Origin: Nitrosopumilus sp. | Lineage (GTDB): Archaea > Thermoproteota > Nitrososphaeria > Nitrososphaerales > Nitrosopumilaceae | Length of the DNA: 64,000 bases | Assembly (NCBI GenBank): GCA_965207075.1 | Contig: CBDBLO010000002.1 | Location: 1,856,001 to 1,920,000, forward strand | Direction of reading: 5' to 3' | Shown here: piece by piece, positions 51,536-59,868 of the stretch | Layout of the letters: every line of letters begins with the position of its first letter | How positions within the stretch are numbered: the first letter of the stretch is position 1 | The notes under the pieces: generated by a model | Databases searched by the model: none | What the model was told of the DNA's origin: nothing | Seen by the model: only the letters and a program-made list of their open reading frames with translations | Made by a program: the position numbers and the translations under genes

Positions 51536-51889
51536 GCCGCGCGCGCGGCAAATTGCAATAAATAGCTATATTTCGGATCAGGGCACGCGGCGGACGCCAC
51601 ACCAGAGTGATCACACGGGCATGATCACTTGTTTCGATCACGTGAATGAGGGGGAGTAAAAATGACGACGGAGAACACGGGCCGTACACACGGCACGCGC
51701 GCACGGAAAAAATACCAGGCGGATGCCGCGGCCGGCCGCGGAACGGCAGCCTTCCCGGCGGGGCCCACCAGGTCGCGCCTGCGGCGCCGGCCCGAACCGC
51801 TGCCGGGCATCACGGCCGCTACAGACAGCGGCGCGGAGCCGCGCCGCCAAAAGCAATATTTTTTAACCGACGCGTCCGAGCTTGTCTGA

Positions 51890-52732
51890 ATGGTAAGCGA
51901 GGTCAAGGCAAAGATAACGTACATGGAGCTGCTAAAGGAGGACCTCATAGTCATAAGGCTGGTCCCGAACAGCGGCATGCCGGACTACAGGACGGGGCAG
52001 TTCCTGACCATAGGCGTCCCCATACCGACTGAGAAGAAGATAGTCAGGCGCGCCTACTCCATAGCGTCGCACCCGGAGAACCGCGAGTATTTCGAGTTTG
52101 TAATAAGGTGGGTCAGGAAGCCGCTGCCGGGCAGGGTGACCACGGAGCTGTTCTATGCAAACGTGGGCGACGAGGTCTGGCTCGGCGATCCGACGGGCGC
52201 GGCGCTCCAGATAAGCGAGACGCTCCCCGACGGCCAAGAGGACAACAGGCGCATCATATGCGTCGGAGGGGGCACCGGAATAGCCCCGTTCATAGCGTTT
52301 GCAAAGCACTTCCACGACACCAACGACCGCCGCGAGGTCGTGGTGCTGCACGGGGCAAGCTATGTGGACGAGCTGAGCTACAAGCGGCTGCTGACGGGCC
52401 TCGAGGAGGAGAGCGAGAAGAGGGGCAGGGACAAGTGGAACTTTAGGTACAAGGCCGCCATATCAAGGCCGAAGGAGTTCTTCAACAGGTCGTGGAACGG
52501 CCACACGGGAAGGGTCGAGTCCTTTTTCGTGCCGAACAAAAAGACGGGCCTCTCGCCTGTAGAGGAGATGGTCGGCGAGCAGATCACGCCGGAGAACACC
52601 ATAATCTACATCTGCGGCTACCAGGGAACCATAGACGGCGTGATCGACGCCATCGGCGGCAGGGGCTTTGTGACGGAGCACGACAAGAACCCCGACGGCA
52701 GCTACAGCATAAAGTACGAGTCGTACGGGTGA
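51890..52732 (+). CDS. Ferredoxin-NADP+ reductase (bacterial FPR-like)
   Basis: RAYSIAS, GGTGIAPF, YICG, C-terminal ESYG. Confidence 0.93.
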   Translation: MVSEVKAKITYMELLKEDLIVIRLVPNSGMPDYRTGQFLTIGVPIPTEKKIVRRAYSIASHPENREYFEFVIRWVRKPLPGRVTTELFYANVGDEVWLGDPTGAALQISETLPDGQEDNRRIICVGGGTGIAPFIAFAKHFHDTNDRREVVVLHGASYVDELSYKRLLTGLEEESEKRGRDKWNFRYKAAISRPKEFFNRSWNGHTGRVESFFVPNKKTGLSPVEEMVGEQITPENTIIYICGYQGTIDGVIDAIGGRGFVTEHDKNPDGSYSIKYESYG

Positions 52733-52798
52733 CCCCGGCGCCGCGGGAGGGGCGGCACGGAATACAGGATTTTTATAATCAGTATAGTCAGGGCGGGC

Positions 52799-52966
52799 AT
52801 GGTAAAGCTGGCCTGCAGGGACTACGGCTTTGAGTGCGACTACGTAGCGGAGGGCGAGGAAGGCGAGGTGGTCGACAGCTTTAGGGACCACATGGAGACT
52901 GAACACGGCATAGAATACTCCAGAGAGGCCATACTGCAGTTTGTCATGCGCAAGCAGGGGCTCTGA
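52799..52966 (+). CDS. 55-aa DUF1059-like small metal-binding protein
   Basis: Translated by hand: MVKLACRDYGFECDYVAEG...HMETEHG. TATA TTTTATAA upstream. Below the ORF-track size cut-off. Confidence 0.85.
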   Translation: MVKLACRDYGFECDYVAEGEEGEVVDSFRDHMETEHGIEYSREAILQFVMRKQGL

Positions 52967-52971
52967 CCGCA

Positions 52972-54057
52972 TCAGTCCAGGTGGCTCATCTGGACAGACA
53001 TGATGGGCAGCTCCTTTGCAATGATCTTCTCGACTGCCGGAACCAGGCTCTCGTGGGCCCTTGCGTTCTCCAGGTACATCTCGTATACCTGGTCCCTGAA
53101 CATCAGCTTGACGCCGGGAAACGCCGTCACCCCCTCGTCGACCGTGCGCGGGTCGGACAGATCCATTATCAGGGTCCCCTTCTTCTTGTCCTCCATCACC
53201 AGCCTGACGCGCTCGTGCGTGATCAGGAAATAGTCAGAAGTGGTGGCCACCAGGACTATGTCGTACTTGCCAAACCCGGACAGGGCGGCCTCAAACTCCA
53301 CCGGCGTCCCGCCGCCCAGCGCCTTTGCAAACCCGGCCCCCCTCTCAAGGGTGCGGCTCGTCACGTCAAAGCCCACCCCGGCCTTTATGAGCGCCTTTGC
53401 AAGCATGGCCGCGGGCTCCCCGGTCCCGATGAGCAGCACCTTCTTCTTGGGGTCCACGCCGACCTTTTCCTCGACCATCTTGACTGCCACGTCCCCAAGC
53501 GAGGTTACGTCGTCGCCTATCTCGGTGGTCTCCCGTATGCGGGTGGCTATCCTGATGACGGACGCGAACAGCGTGTCAAGCAGGCGGCCCGACAGTCCCT
53601 CGTCCTTGGCCCTTGACGCTGCCTGCACTATCTCGTCGTATATCTCCGGCTTGCCCACCACGATGGAGTCAAGCCCGGTGGCAAGCCTCAGCAGGTTCCG
53701 GTAGACGTCCTCGCCCTTGTACACCTCGAGGGTCTGGTCTATGTGGTCTATGTCGATCTGATCCAGGGTCGAGAGCGATATCCAGACCTCCTTTATGCGG
53801 TTGAGGATGAGCCCCTTGCTGTCCGCGCGCCGCAGGTCCAGCTGGTCGGAGCGCTCCATGTGGCTGACCAGGAACACCTCCACGCGGCTTGCAGTCTGCA
53901 CTATGACGCACTCCCCGACGCCGGGGATCTTTTTGAACTCCTCTGCGGCCGCGTCCACGTCGTCAAACATGAACTTTGCAAGCGTGTACATGGGAACGTT
54001 TCTGAACGTGACCCTGGCGTTTACAATGTCAGAGTCAACGCTGCATTTGTCAGACAT
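52972..54057 (-). CDS. hemA: Glutamyl-tRNA reductase-like protein lacking the catalytic Cys
   Basis: GLDSIVVG, IGTGE, ATTS, DLSDPR. The TCNR motif is replaced by TASR. Confidence 0.8.
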   Translation of the reverse strand: MSDKCSVDSDIVNARVTFRNVPMYTLAKFMFDDVDAAAEEFKKIPGVGECVIVQTASRVEVFLVSHMERSDQLDLRRADSKGLILNRIKEVWISLSTLDQIDIDHIDQTLEVYKGEDVYRNLLRLATGLDSIVVGKPEIYDEIVQAASRAKDEGLSGRLLDTLFASVIRIATRIRETTEIGDDVTSLGDVAVKMVEEKVGVDPKKKVLLIGTGEPAAMLAKALIKAGVGFDVTSRTLERGAGFAKALGGGTPVEFEAALSGFGKYDIVLVATTSDYFLITHERVRLVMEDKKKGTLIMDLSDPRTVDEGVTAFPGVKLMFRDQVYEMYLENARAHESLVPAVEKIIAKELPIMSVQMSHLD

Positions 54058-54063
54058 ATCCAG

Positions 54064-54879
54064 TCACGCCACCTTTGAGCGGCCGCCCCTTGCGGTCCTA
54101 AATACGTTCATTCCAAGGTAAAAGTTCTCATGAAGCGACTCGAGGTATTTTATGTTGGCCTTTACGCGTTCCATTTCCCCGGCTACGGATTCCGCGTCCT
54201 TGACCTGCTTTAGCTTCCTGAGCTTTGAGCGCAGCTCCTCCAGGTAGGACGAGACCCCACGCTCGTAGTTTGAGACCCCCTCGAACTCGGGGCTCAGGAC
54301 GTGCTCCGGCACGTACTCGGGGGTCTGGTCCTGCGGGGTCTCGGCGTGCCGCGTCAGCGACTCCTGCTGCTGCGGGGTCAGGATGGGGCGCGGGAACCTG
54401 TCCTTCTTGTCAAGGAAGAACTCCGGCTCGCCCATGTCGCGGCGGAAGATCTCCTCGGACTCCCTCTTGAAGGTGTGGGCGGCCTTTTTGGCGACGTCGG
54501 CCTTTACCTGCTCGGCGATGGCCTTGTACTCTGCCTCCGCGGCCTCCTCGGCGGCCTTTTTTGCCGCGGCCGCCCTCTCTACGGCCTGTTTTGCGTCCAG
54601 CTCGGCCTGCTCGGCCGCCTTTATGGCGGCCCTGGCCTTTTCCATGGCCGCGTGCGCGTTTGCATCCTTGTCCTCGGGAGGCTCCTCTTCCTTTTTGTCG
54701 TCTGCCTTTTTTGCAGGTGTGGGCTTGGCTGCTGCAGCAGGCTTGGCGCTGCTCTTAGCTGCTGGTTTGGCGGCGTCGGCAGCGGCGGGCGCGGCAGTGC
54801 CGGTGGCGTCAGCCTCCTTTTTTGAGTCGGGCGCTGCGGTATCAGGTGAATCCTTTGCCTCGGACAATAAGAGGGGCAT
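54064..54879 (-). CDS. Hypothetical protein with an Ala/Lys-rich low-complexity N-terminus and coiled coil
   Basis: Open 271-aa frame co-oriented with hemA; conserved-looking C-terminus LHENFYLGMNVFRTARGGR. Confidence 0.75.
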   Translation of the reverse strand: MPLLLSEAKDSPDTAAPDSKKEADATGTAAPAAADAAKPAAKSSAKPAAAAKPTPAKKADDKKEEEPPEDKDANAHAAMEKARAAIKAAEQAELDAKQAVERAAAAKKAAEEAAEAEYKAIAEQVKADVAKKAAHTFKRESEEIFRRDMGEPEFFLDKKDRFPRPILTPQQQESLTRHAETPQDQTPEYVPEHVLSPEFEGVSNYERGVSSYLEELRSKLRKLKQVKDAESVAGEMERVKANIKYLESLHENFYLGMNVFRTARGGRSKVA

Positions 54880-55357
54880 CCAACTGCCAGAATTTTAAGA
54901 TTAGCTCAGGCGGGAGGAGGTAGGGTGTCCCACCGGCGTGACGCCGGACTTGCGTGCTGTCAGATGGCGTTTGCCGGATTGTCGTTGTCATCCGCCCGAT
55001 CTGGCGGCGGCGCCGCTTCTTTGGCAGGATCCGACTCGTGAATCGCACCGCAGTAAGCCGCGCCCACTCCGCCGAGGCCGTCAGGTATCCTGTATCCGGT
55101 GCACCAGCGGTCCAGACGGCGCAGTCAATCCGCCTTGCACGCACGGGCTCTTCTACGACGTGTATCCGGTGCACCCGTGCAGCGTCATGAACAGGTGGGC
55201 ATGCCGCGTTCGACTGCATTTCCCCTCTGGCGCGTGAAGGGCATCTGTTTTACCAAGGCCTCGCTCCACGCCTCTTGGCAGTCGGAGTCACGCGTCGGGT
55301 TCGAGCCGTGTAAGAATGAATGGCAGGTCAGAATCACGTCGGCAGAGCTATAGTCAA

Positions 55358-55801
55358 TTATGAAACCAGAAACTCAAACGACAGCGCCTGCTGGCCGAAT
55401 CCCAGATGCCGGTAAAAATCATGCGAGTCCTTGCGCTGGTTCCCCGACTCCAGTCTGATGCGGTGGCATCCTCGCGTGGCGGCAATCCTCATGCACTCCC
55501 CGGCTAGGGCCCTGCCGATGCCCCTGCCGCGGCAATCAGCACGGACAACTAATTCTGGAATGTACATCTCCGGCCCTGCGTGGTTGCATCTGACAAGAAA
55601 CATGATGGATGCCAGCCCCACGACCGCATGGTCGGACTCGGCCACGAGCAGCCCCTTGTCGGCATCTTCGATGTATCCAGATATGACTCTCTTGAACGTG
55701 TCCTCCTCCTGTTTGTCGGCAGGCCTGGGCCGTCCAAGCTCGTACAGCAGGTCGAGTACGAATGGCACGTCGCCGTGGACGGCATCCCGGATTGAGGCCA
55801 T
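55358..55801 (-). CDS. GNAT acetyltransferase
   Basis: ELVV...RGRGIG.AL and FY..LGF. Confidence 0.9.
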   Translation of the reverse strand: MASIRDAVHGDVPFVLDLLYELGRPRPADKQEEDTFKRVISGYIEDADKGLLVAESDHAVVGLASIMFLVRCNHAGPEMYIPELVVRADCRGRGIGRALAGECMRIAATRGCHRIRLESGNQRKDSHDFYRHLGFGQQALSFEFLVS

Positions 55802-55904
55802 GTATCCATGACACAGTCGTCTTTTTTAAGACTTGAAAGGGCGGAAGCATCCGGGGATGATCAGTGTCGCATGCCAAGCGCAGCAGACGCTATGCAGAGT
55901 AAGA

Positions 55905-55982
55905 TGGCGCCCTCGGCGGGATTTGAACACGCGTCTCAGCCGTGACAGGGCCGAATTCTAGACCTGGCTATACTACAAGGGC
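55905..55982 (-). tRNA. tRNA-Asp(GTC), CCA encoded
   Basis: GCCCTTG/CGAGGGC acceptor, CTGTCAC anticodon loop, TTCAAAT T-loop. Confidence 0.95.
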
Positions 55983-56213
55983 ACGGATCTGACTACAAGA
56001 CGGGCTAGATTAAAAGTTTGCTCAGGTATGACTAACTGCCCAGTTCCCATGGCACCACCGTCCCCGCTCCGCCCCCGCGGCGACTGGGCGGGGAGAGAGT
56101 ACATGGTTTACTCGGCGGCCGCACACCAGACAGTTGATGAGAGGAGGAAGGTTGAACCGTCACACCTGCATCCTGAAAGGACTAAATTGTACGCACGAAG
56201 CGCAGTACGCTGT

Positions 56214-56287
56214 GGGTCTATGGCGCAGCCAGGTAGCGCTCCGGACTTTTAATCCGGCTGTCAAGGGTTCGAATCCCTTTAGACCCG
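56214..56287 (+). tRNA. tRNA-Lys(TTT), probable integration target
   Basis: GGGTCTA/TAGACCC acceptor, CCGGA-CTTTTAA-TCCGG anticodon arm, TTCGAAT T-loop. Confidence 0.96.
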
Positions 56288-56457
56288 CTCCCATACTGGT
56301 ACTCTTTTGGGTTCCGGTAAGTGGAAAAAATGATCACAAGTAGGAAGGAAAGTCAGAAAGGCAAAAACCGGGGGAGGGGTGTCACGGCGGCGCGCAGGGG
56401 CGCGGGACTCGCACCTCCACAGGGGCTTTTATGGGATCGGGGGTGTGCGTCCGGATC

Positions 56458-57741
56458 ATGATTAAGATTACAAAAGAGGAGTTAATGGACGAGAGGCCTG
56501 CCACAACGCGTACAAAGCCGTTTGACCTATTCCAGCAGGGCATCAGGGCCGAGGAGACCCGTAAGACGTACACGCGCACGCTCAGGCGCCTGCTGTGCGG
56601 CGCGCTGGAGGAGGTGCTGGAGGGCACGTTTGAGGAGCGCGCAGCGCAGCTCGTGCGGCTGGGCAAGGACGACCCGGACCGCACGCTGGACCTCGTACTG
56701 CGCATATCAGGCAAGATCCGGGCAAGGAGCTCGCTGCCACACGACCACCCGGACTACTTTAACCCGTCGGGCGTCCCCAATTACTTCAAACCGCTCAAAA
56801 AGCTGTTCGACATGAACGGCGTTTCAATGCCGTGGAAGCGCATCTACTCGACGTTCCCCGAGTCCGACAACATTACAGAATCGCGGGGATGGACCCGGGG
56901 GGAGATACAGTCCATGCTCCGGTTTGCCAAGGGGTCGGCCGACAGGGCCGTCATACTGGTTGCCGCCAGCTCAGGCATAAGGGCCGGGGGGTTTGAGCTG
57001 CTGCGGTGGTCGGATCTCAGGCCTATATACCGCGTCGCTGCCAGCGGCGGGGGCGGCAGTGACGATGGCGGCAGCAGCAGCGACGTCCTCAGCTTTGAGC
57101 ATGGCGGCGGCACTGCGGCGGATCCGGTCTGCGCCATGCTTACCATATACGCCCGCACAAACGCAAGCTACCCGGCGTTCATCACGCCGGAGGCGTACGC
57201 GGCGGTAACGGACTACCGGAGCGTGTGGGCTGCGGAGGTCGGCAGGCCCGCGGAGTCTGGCGATCCCATCTTCAAGAGGGCCGGAAGCCTGCCCGCAAAG
57301 GCCACTACCCCGCTGATAAAGAGGAGGATCGAGAAGGTGGCCGGCGCTGCAGGCCTGCGCGCCTCCGGCAGAAAGTCCCGCAACCTGTTTGACGTGCCCA
57401 TAATGAACGGCTTCCGCCGGTTCTGGAACAAGGCGTGCAAGGAGTCCTCCTCGCGGGAGTCGCCCCTGTCGTCCTTGATAAGAAAGGAGTACATGATGGG
57501 GCATGTCGGCTTGGTGAGTCTGGACCGCAACTACTTCAAGACGCACGTGATGGAGCTTGCAGAGGAGTACCTGCAGTCGGTGCCGCACCTGACCATAGAC
57601 GACGCGGCCAGGCTGCGGCTGGCAAACGCGAGGCAGTCGGAGAGGATAGGGCTGCTAGAGGACGAAAAGGACCGGGAGATTGCAAAGCTGCGCCTCATGG
57701 TCGAGCAGCTTGCGGGCAGGATCGAGTCCTACTCCTCCTAG
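56458..57741 (+). CDS. Tyrosine recombinase/integrase
   Basis: SSGIR (Arg I), NGFRRF (HxxR variant), MMGH and DRNY (catalytic Tyr); C-terminal coiled coil. Confidence 0.92.
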   Translation: MIKITKEELMDERPATTRTKPFDLFQQGIRAEETRKTYTRTLRRLLCGALEEVLEGTFEERAAQLVRLGKDDPDRTLDLVLRISGKIRARSSLPHDHPDYFNPSGVPNYFKPLKKLFDMNGVSMPWKRIYSTFPESDNITESRGWTRGEIQSMLRFAKGSADRAVILVAASSGIRAGGFELLRWSDLRPIYRVAASGGGGSDDGGSSSDVLSFEHGGGTAADPVCAMLTIYARTNASYPAFITPEAYAAVTDYRSVWAAEVGRPAESGDPIFKRAGSLPAKATTPLIKRRIEKVAGAAGLRASGRKSRNLFDVPIMNGFRRFWNKACKESSSRESPLSSLIRKEYMMGHVGLVSLDRNYFKTHVMELAEEYLQSVPHLTIDDAARLRLANARQSERIGLLEDEKDREIAKLRLMVEQLAGRIESYSS

Positions 57742-57780
57742 GGGATCTGAGGCTTTTATGCGCCCCGCGGGACTGGCCGC

Positions 57781-57918
57781 ATGGACAGGAAGACGTGCCC
57801 CGTATGTCTGGGCGCCCTGGACCTGCACTCTGACGCGGAGGTCATCGCCTGCGCACGCGCCCTAGCGTCCCGCACGCGCGCGGAAAAGCCGGACCGGGTC
57901 ACGGAGTTCACGCGCTGA
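57781..57918 (+). CDS. 45-aa CxxC-H-C microprotein downstream of the integrase
   Basis: Translated by hand: MDRKTCPVCLGALDLHSDAEVIACARAL... Preceded by GGCTTTTATG at 57751-57760, the same box as upstream of the integrase. Confidence 0.65.
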   Translation: MDRKTCPVCLGALDLHSDAEVIACARALASRTRAEKPDRVTEFTR

Positions 57919-58209
57919 TCGGCGTAGGCGCCACGTCTGGGATGGCTACTTGGTGTGTGGCGTGCCCGCAGGCGGGCCGCCGGAATGTACTGTCGCCTGC
58001 TGCATCTCACCCGCAGCTTGACGCGCGACAGGCGTACGCCTTCGGATCTTCATGGAGGCGCCAGCCCCCGGGTTTGCGGCAAACTGGGGCAGCAGGGCAG
58101 GGACGGGACGGCGGGACCGGGGCGCAGCACGTGCCAAGAGACGGTGGCTGCCGCCTATGGTCAAGCTGGAAACTGGCGTTCCGATGCAGACGCGCCCGTC
58201 GTCGCCAGA

Positions 58210-58255
58210 GTTACCCGCAAACTTTCATAGAACTTTATGAAAGTTTGCGGGTAAC
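58210..58255. repeat. Palindrome P1 (20 bp perfect arms, spacer GAACTT)
   Basis: GTTACCCGCAAACTTTCATA-GAACTT-TATGAAAGTTTGCGGGTAAC. Confidence 0.97.
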
Positions 58256-58427
58256 CTCCGCGGCCCGCGGCACCCCACGCACACTGGAAGTTCGGCGACA
58301 GGCGCATAGATACTCCCGGCCTTGGCCGGCGCACGGACGGCAGGCCTGCCACATGCCCGCAGGAGGCAGGGCGGGCCGGCGGGACCGAGGGCGCAGCACG
58401 TGCCGAGAGACGGTGGCTGCCGCCGCC

Positions 58428-58471
58428 ATACCCGCAAACAATCATAGAGCTCTATGACAGTTTGCGGGTAT
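58428..58471. repeat. Palindrome P2 (19 bp arms, 2 mismatches, spacer GAGCTC)
   Basis: ATACCCGCAAACAATCATA-GAGCTC-TATGACAGTTTGCGGGTAT. Confidence 0.97.
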
Positions 58472-58813
58472 CTGCCGCATGCCCGCGGGCGCCTGCTCAG
58501 GCCGCCGCGGGGCGGGGCAGGACTCTCCCGTGACGGGCGTATCTGTTAGGTGACAAAGAAATCGAATATTCTGCATGTTTGCCACCATCCGTCCAAGCCT
58601 GCTCGGAGTCAGGCCCCGCAACCTGTCCCGCATGCCTGCGACATCAGACGCCAGGTTCACCGTGGCACACTAACAGCGGGAGACAAGGCGAGCCGGCGGG
58701 ACCGGGGGCGCAGCACGTGCCAGGAGGCAGCTGCTGTTGCTGTCGCCGCCGCCACCACCGGTGGCCAAGGAAGCGGGTGTTCTGATGCAGACGCGCCCGC
58801 CGCCACCGCCAGA

Positions 58814-58859
58814 GTTACCCGCAAACTGTCATAGAACTTTATGACAGTTTGCGGGTAAC
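58814..58859. repeat. Palindrome P3 (20 bp perfect arms, spacer GAACTT)
   Basis: GTTACCCGCAAACTGTCATA-GAACTT-TATGACAGTTTGCGGGTAAC. Confidence 0.97.
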
Positions 58860-59255
58860 CGCCGCATGCCCGCGGCACCACACGCACACGGGCAGGAAGT
58901 CCGGCGGCGGGCGCCTAGACGCCCCCTGTCCTGGCCGGCGCACGGACGGCGGGCCTGCCGCATGCCCGCGGGCGCCTGCGCAGGCCGCCGGGGCTCCCGC
59001 CAAACACTGCAAAAATGGGCAGGCTGCCGTGGCACAGTCGCGGCCCCGCCACGCATCTAGTCCGGAATCAGGCCCCGCAACCTGTCCCGTATGCTTGCAG
59101 CGTCAGACGCCAAGTCCGTCGTGGCACACTTTGACGGCGGGGGGCAGGGGGAACCGGCAGAATCGGGTGACGCGGCACGTGTCGGAAGGGTGGCTGCCGC
59201 CTGCTGTGCAGGCCGGAAGCGGGCGTTCCGATGCAGGTACGCCCAGCCACCGGCA

Positions 59256-59301
59256 GTTACCCGGAAACTATCATAGAGCTCTATGATACTTTCCGGGTAA
59301 C
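59256..59301. repeat. Palindrome P4 (20 bp arms, 1 mismatch, spacer GAGCTC)
   Basis: GTTACCCGGAAACTATCATA-GAGCTC-TATGATACTTTCCGGGTAAC. Confidence 0.97.
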
Positions 59302-59571
59302 TATCGCGGCCCGCGGCACCGCACGCACGGGCAGGAAGTCCGGCGGTGGGTGCCCCCGCACACCTCCGGCCCTGGCCGGCACACGGATGGTGGGCCTGTA
59401 CCGTATGCTTGCGGCATCAGACGCTAGATCCACCGTGACTCACTTTAACGGCGGGAGGCAGGGCAAACCGGCGGGACTGGGGACGCAGCACGTGTTGGGA
59501 AGGGACTCCCGCAGGCAACGATCAAGCCGGAAACGAATGTTCCGATGTAGGTACGCTCCCCCGTCGACGAC

Positions 59572-59615
59572 ATACCCGCAAACAATCATAGAGCTCTATG
59601 ACAGTTTGCGGGCAT
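59572..59615. repeat. Palindrome P5 (19 bp arms, 3 mismatches, spacer GAGCTC)
   Basis: ATACCCGCAAACAATCATA-GAGCTC-TATGACAGTTTGCGGGCAT. Confidence 0.97.
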
Positions 59616-59868
59616 CTGCAACGGCCTGCAGCACCGCACGCACGGGCAGGAAGTCTGGTAGTGGGCGCCTGCGCAGGCCGTCGTGGGGGCGGGACCGGCC
59701 CCTCCCGTGGCGGGTGTATCTGTCAGAAGGTGACAAAGAAATCTTTGTTACCTTTGCGCGTTTGCCATCGTCCGCTCCGGCCTGCCCGCAGTCTGGCTGC
59801 CGGGACCCCCGCCAAACACTGCAAAAATGGGCAGGCTGCCGTGGCACAGTCGCGGCCCCGCCACGCAT

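Noticed and set aside
54885-55350. GC-rich gap as SRP RNA or a protein gene (54842..55219)
   Set aside because: No SRP helix-8 motif was found on either strand and the ORFs have no recognisable features; left unannotated.
47-56000. Long antisense or alternate-frame ORFs over core genes (e.g. 10167..11258, 13897..14961, 22187..23443)
   Set aside because: Shadow ORFs expected from high GC3; they overlap well-supported genes and lack motifs.
58210-59615. Palindrome array as a CRISPR array
   Set aside because: The intervening sequences are ~170-400 bp, irregular and homologous to each other rather than unique ~35-bp spacers; no cas genes are in the window.
58210-59615. Palindromes as canonical integron attC sites
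   Set aside because: The ends read GTT...AAC, the reverse of RYYYAAC...GTTRRRY. There are no extrahelical bases, no ORF cassettes between sites, and no recognisable IntI insertion in the integrase.
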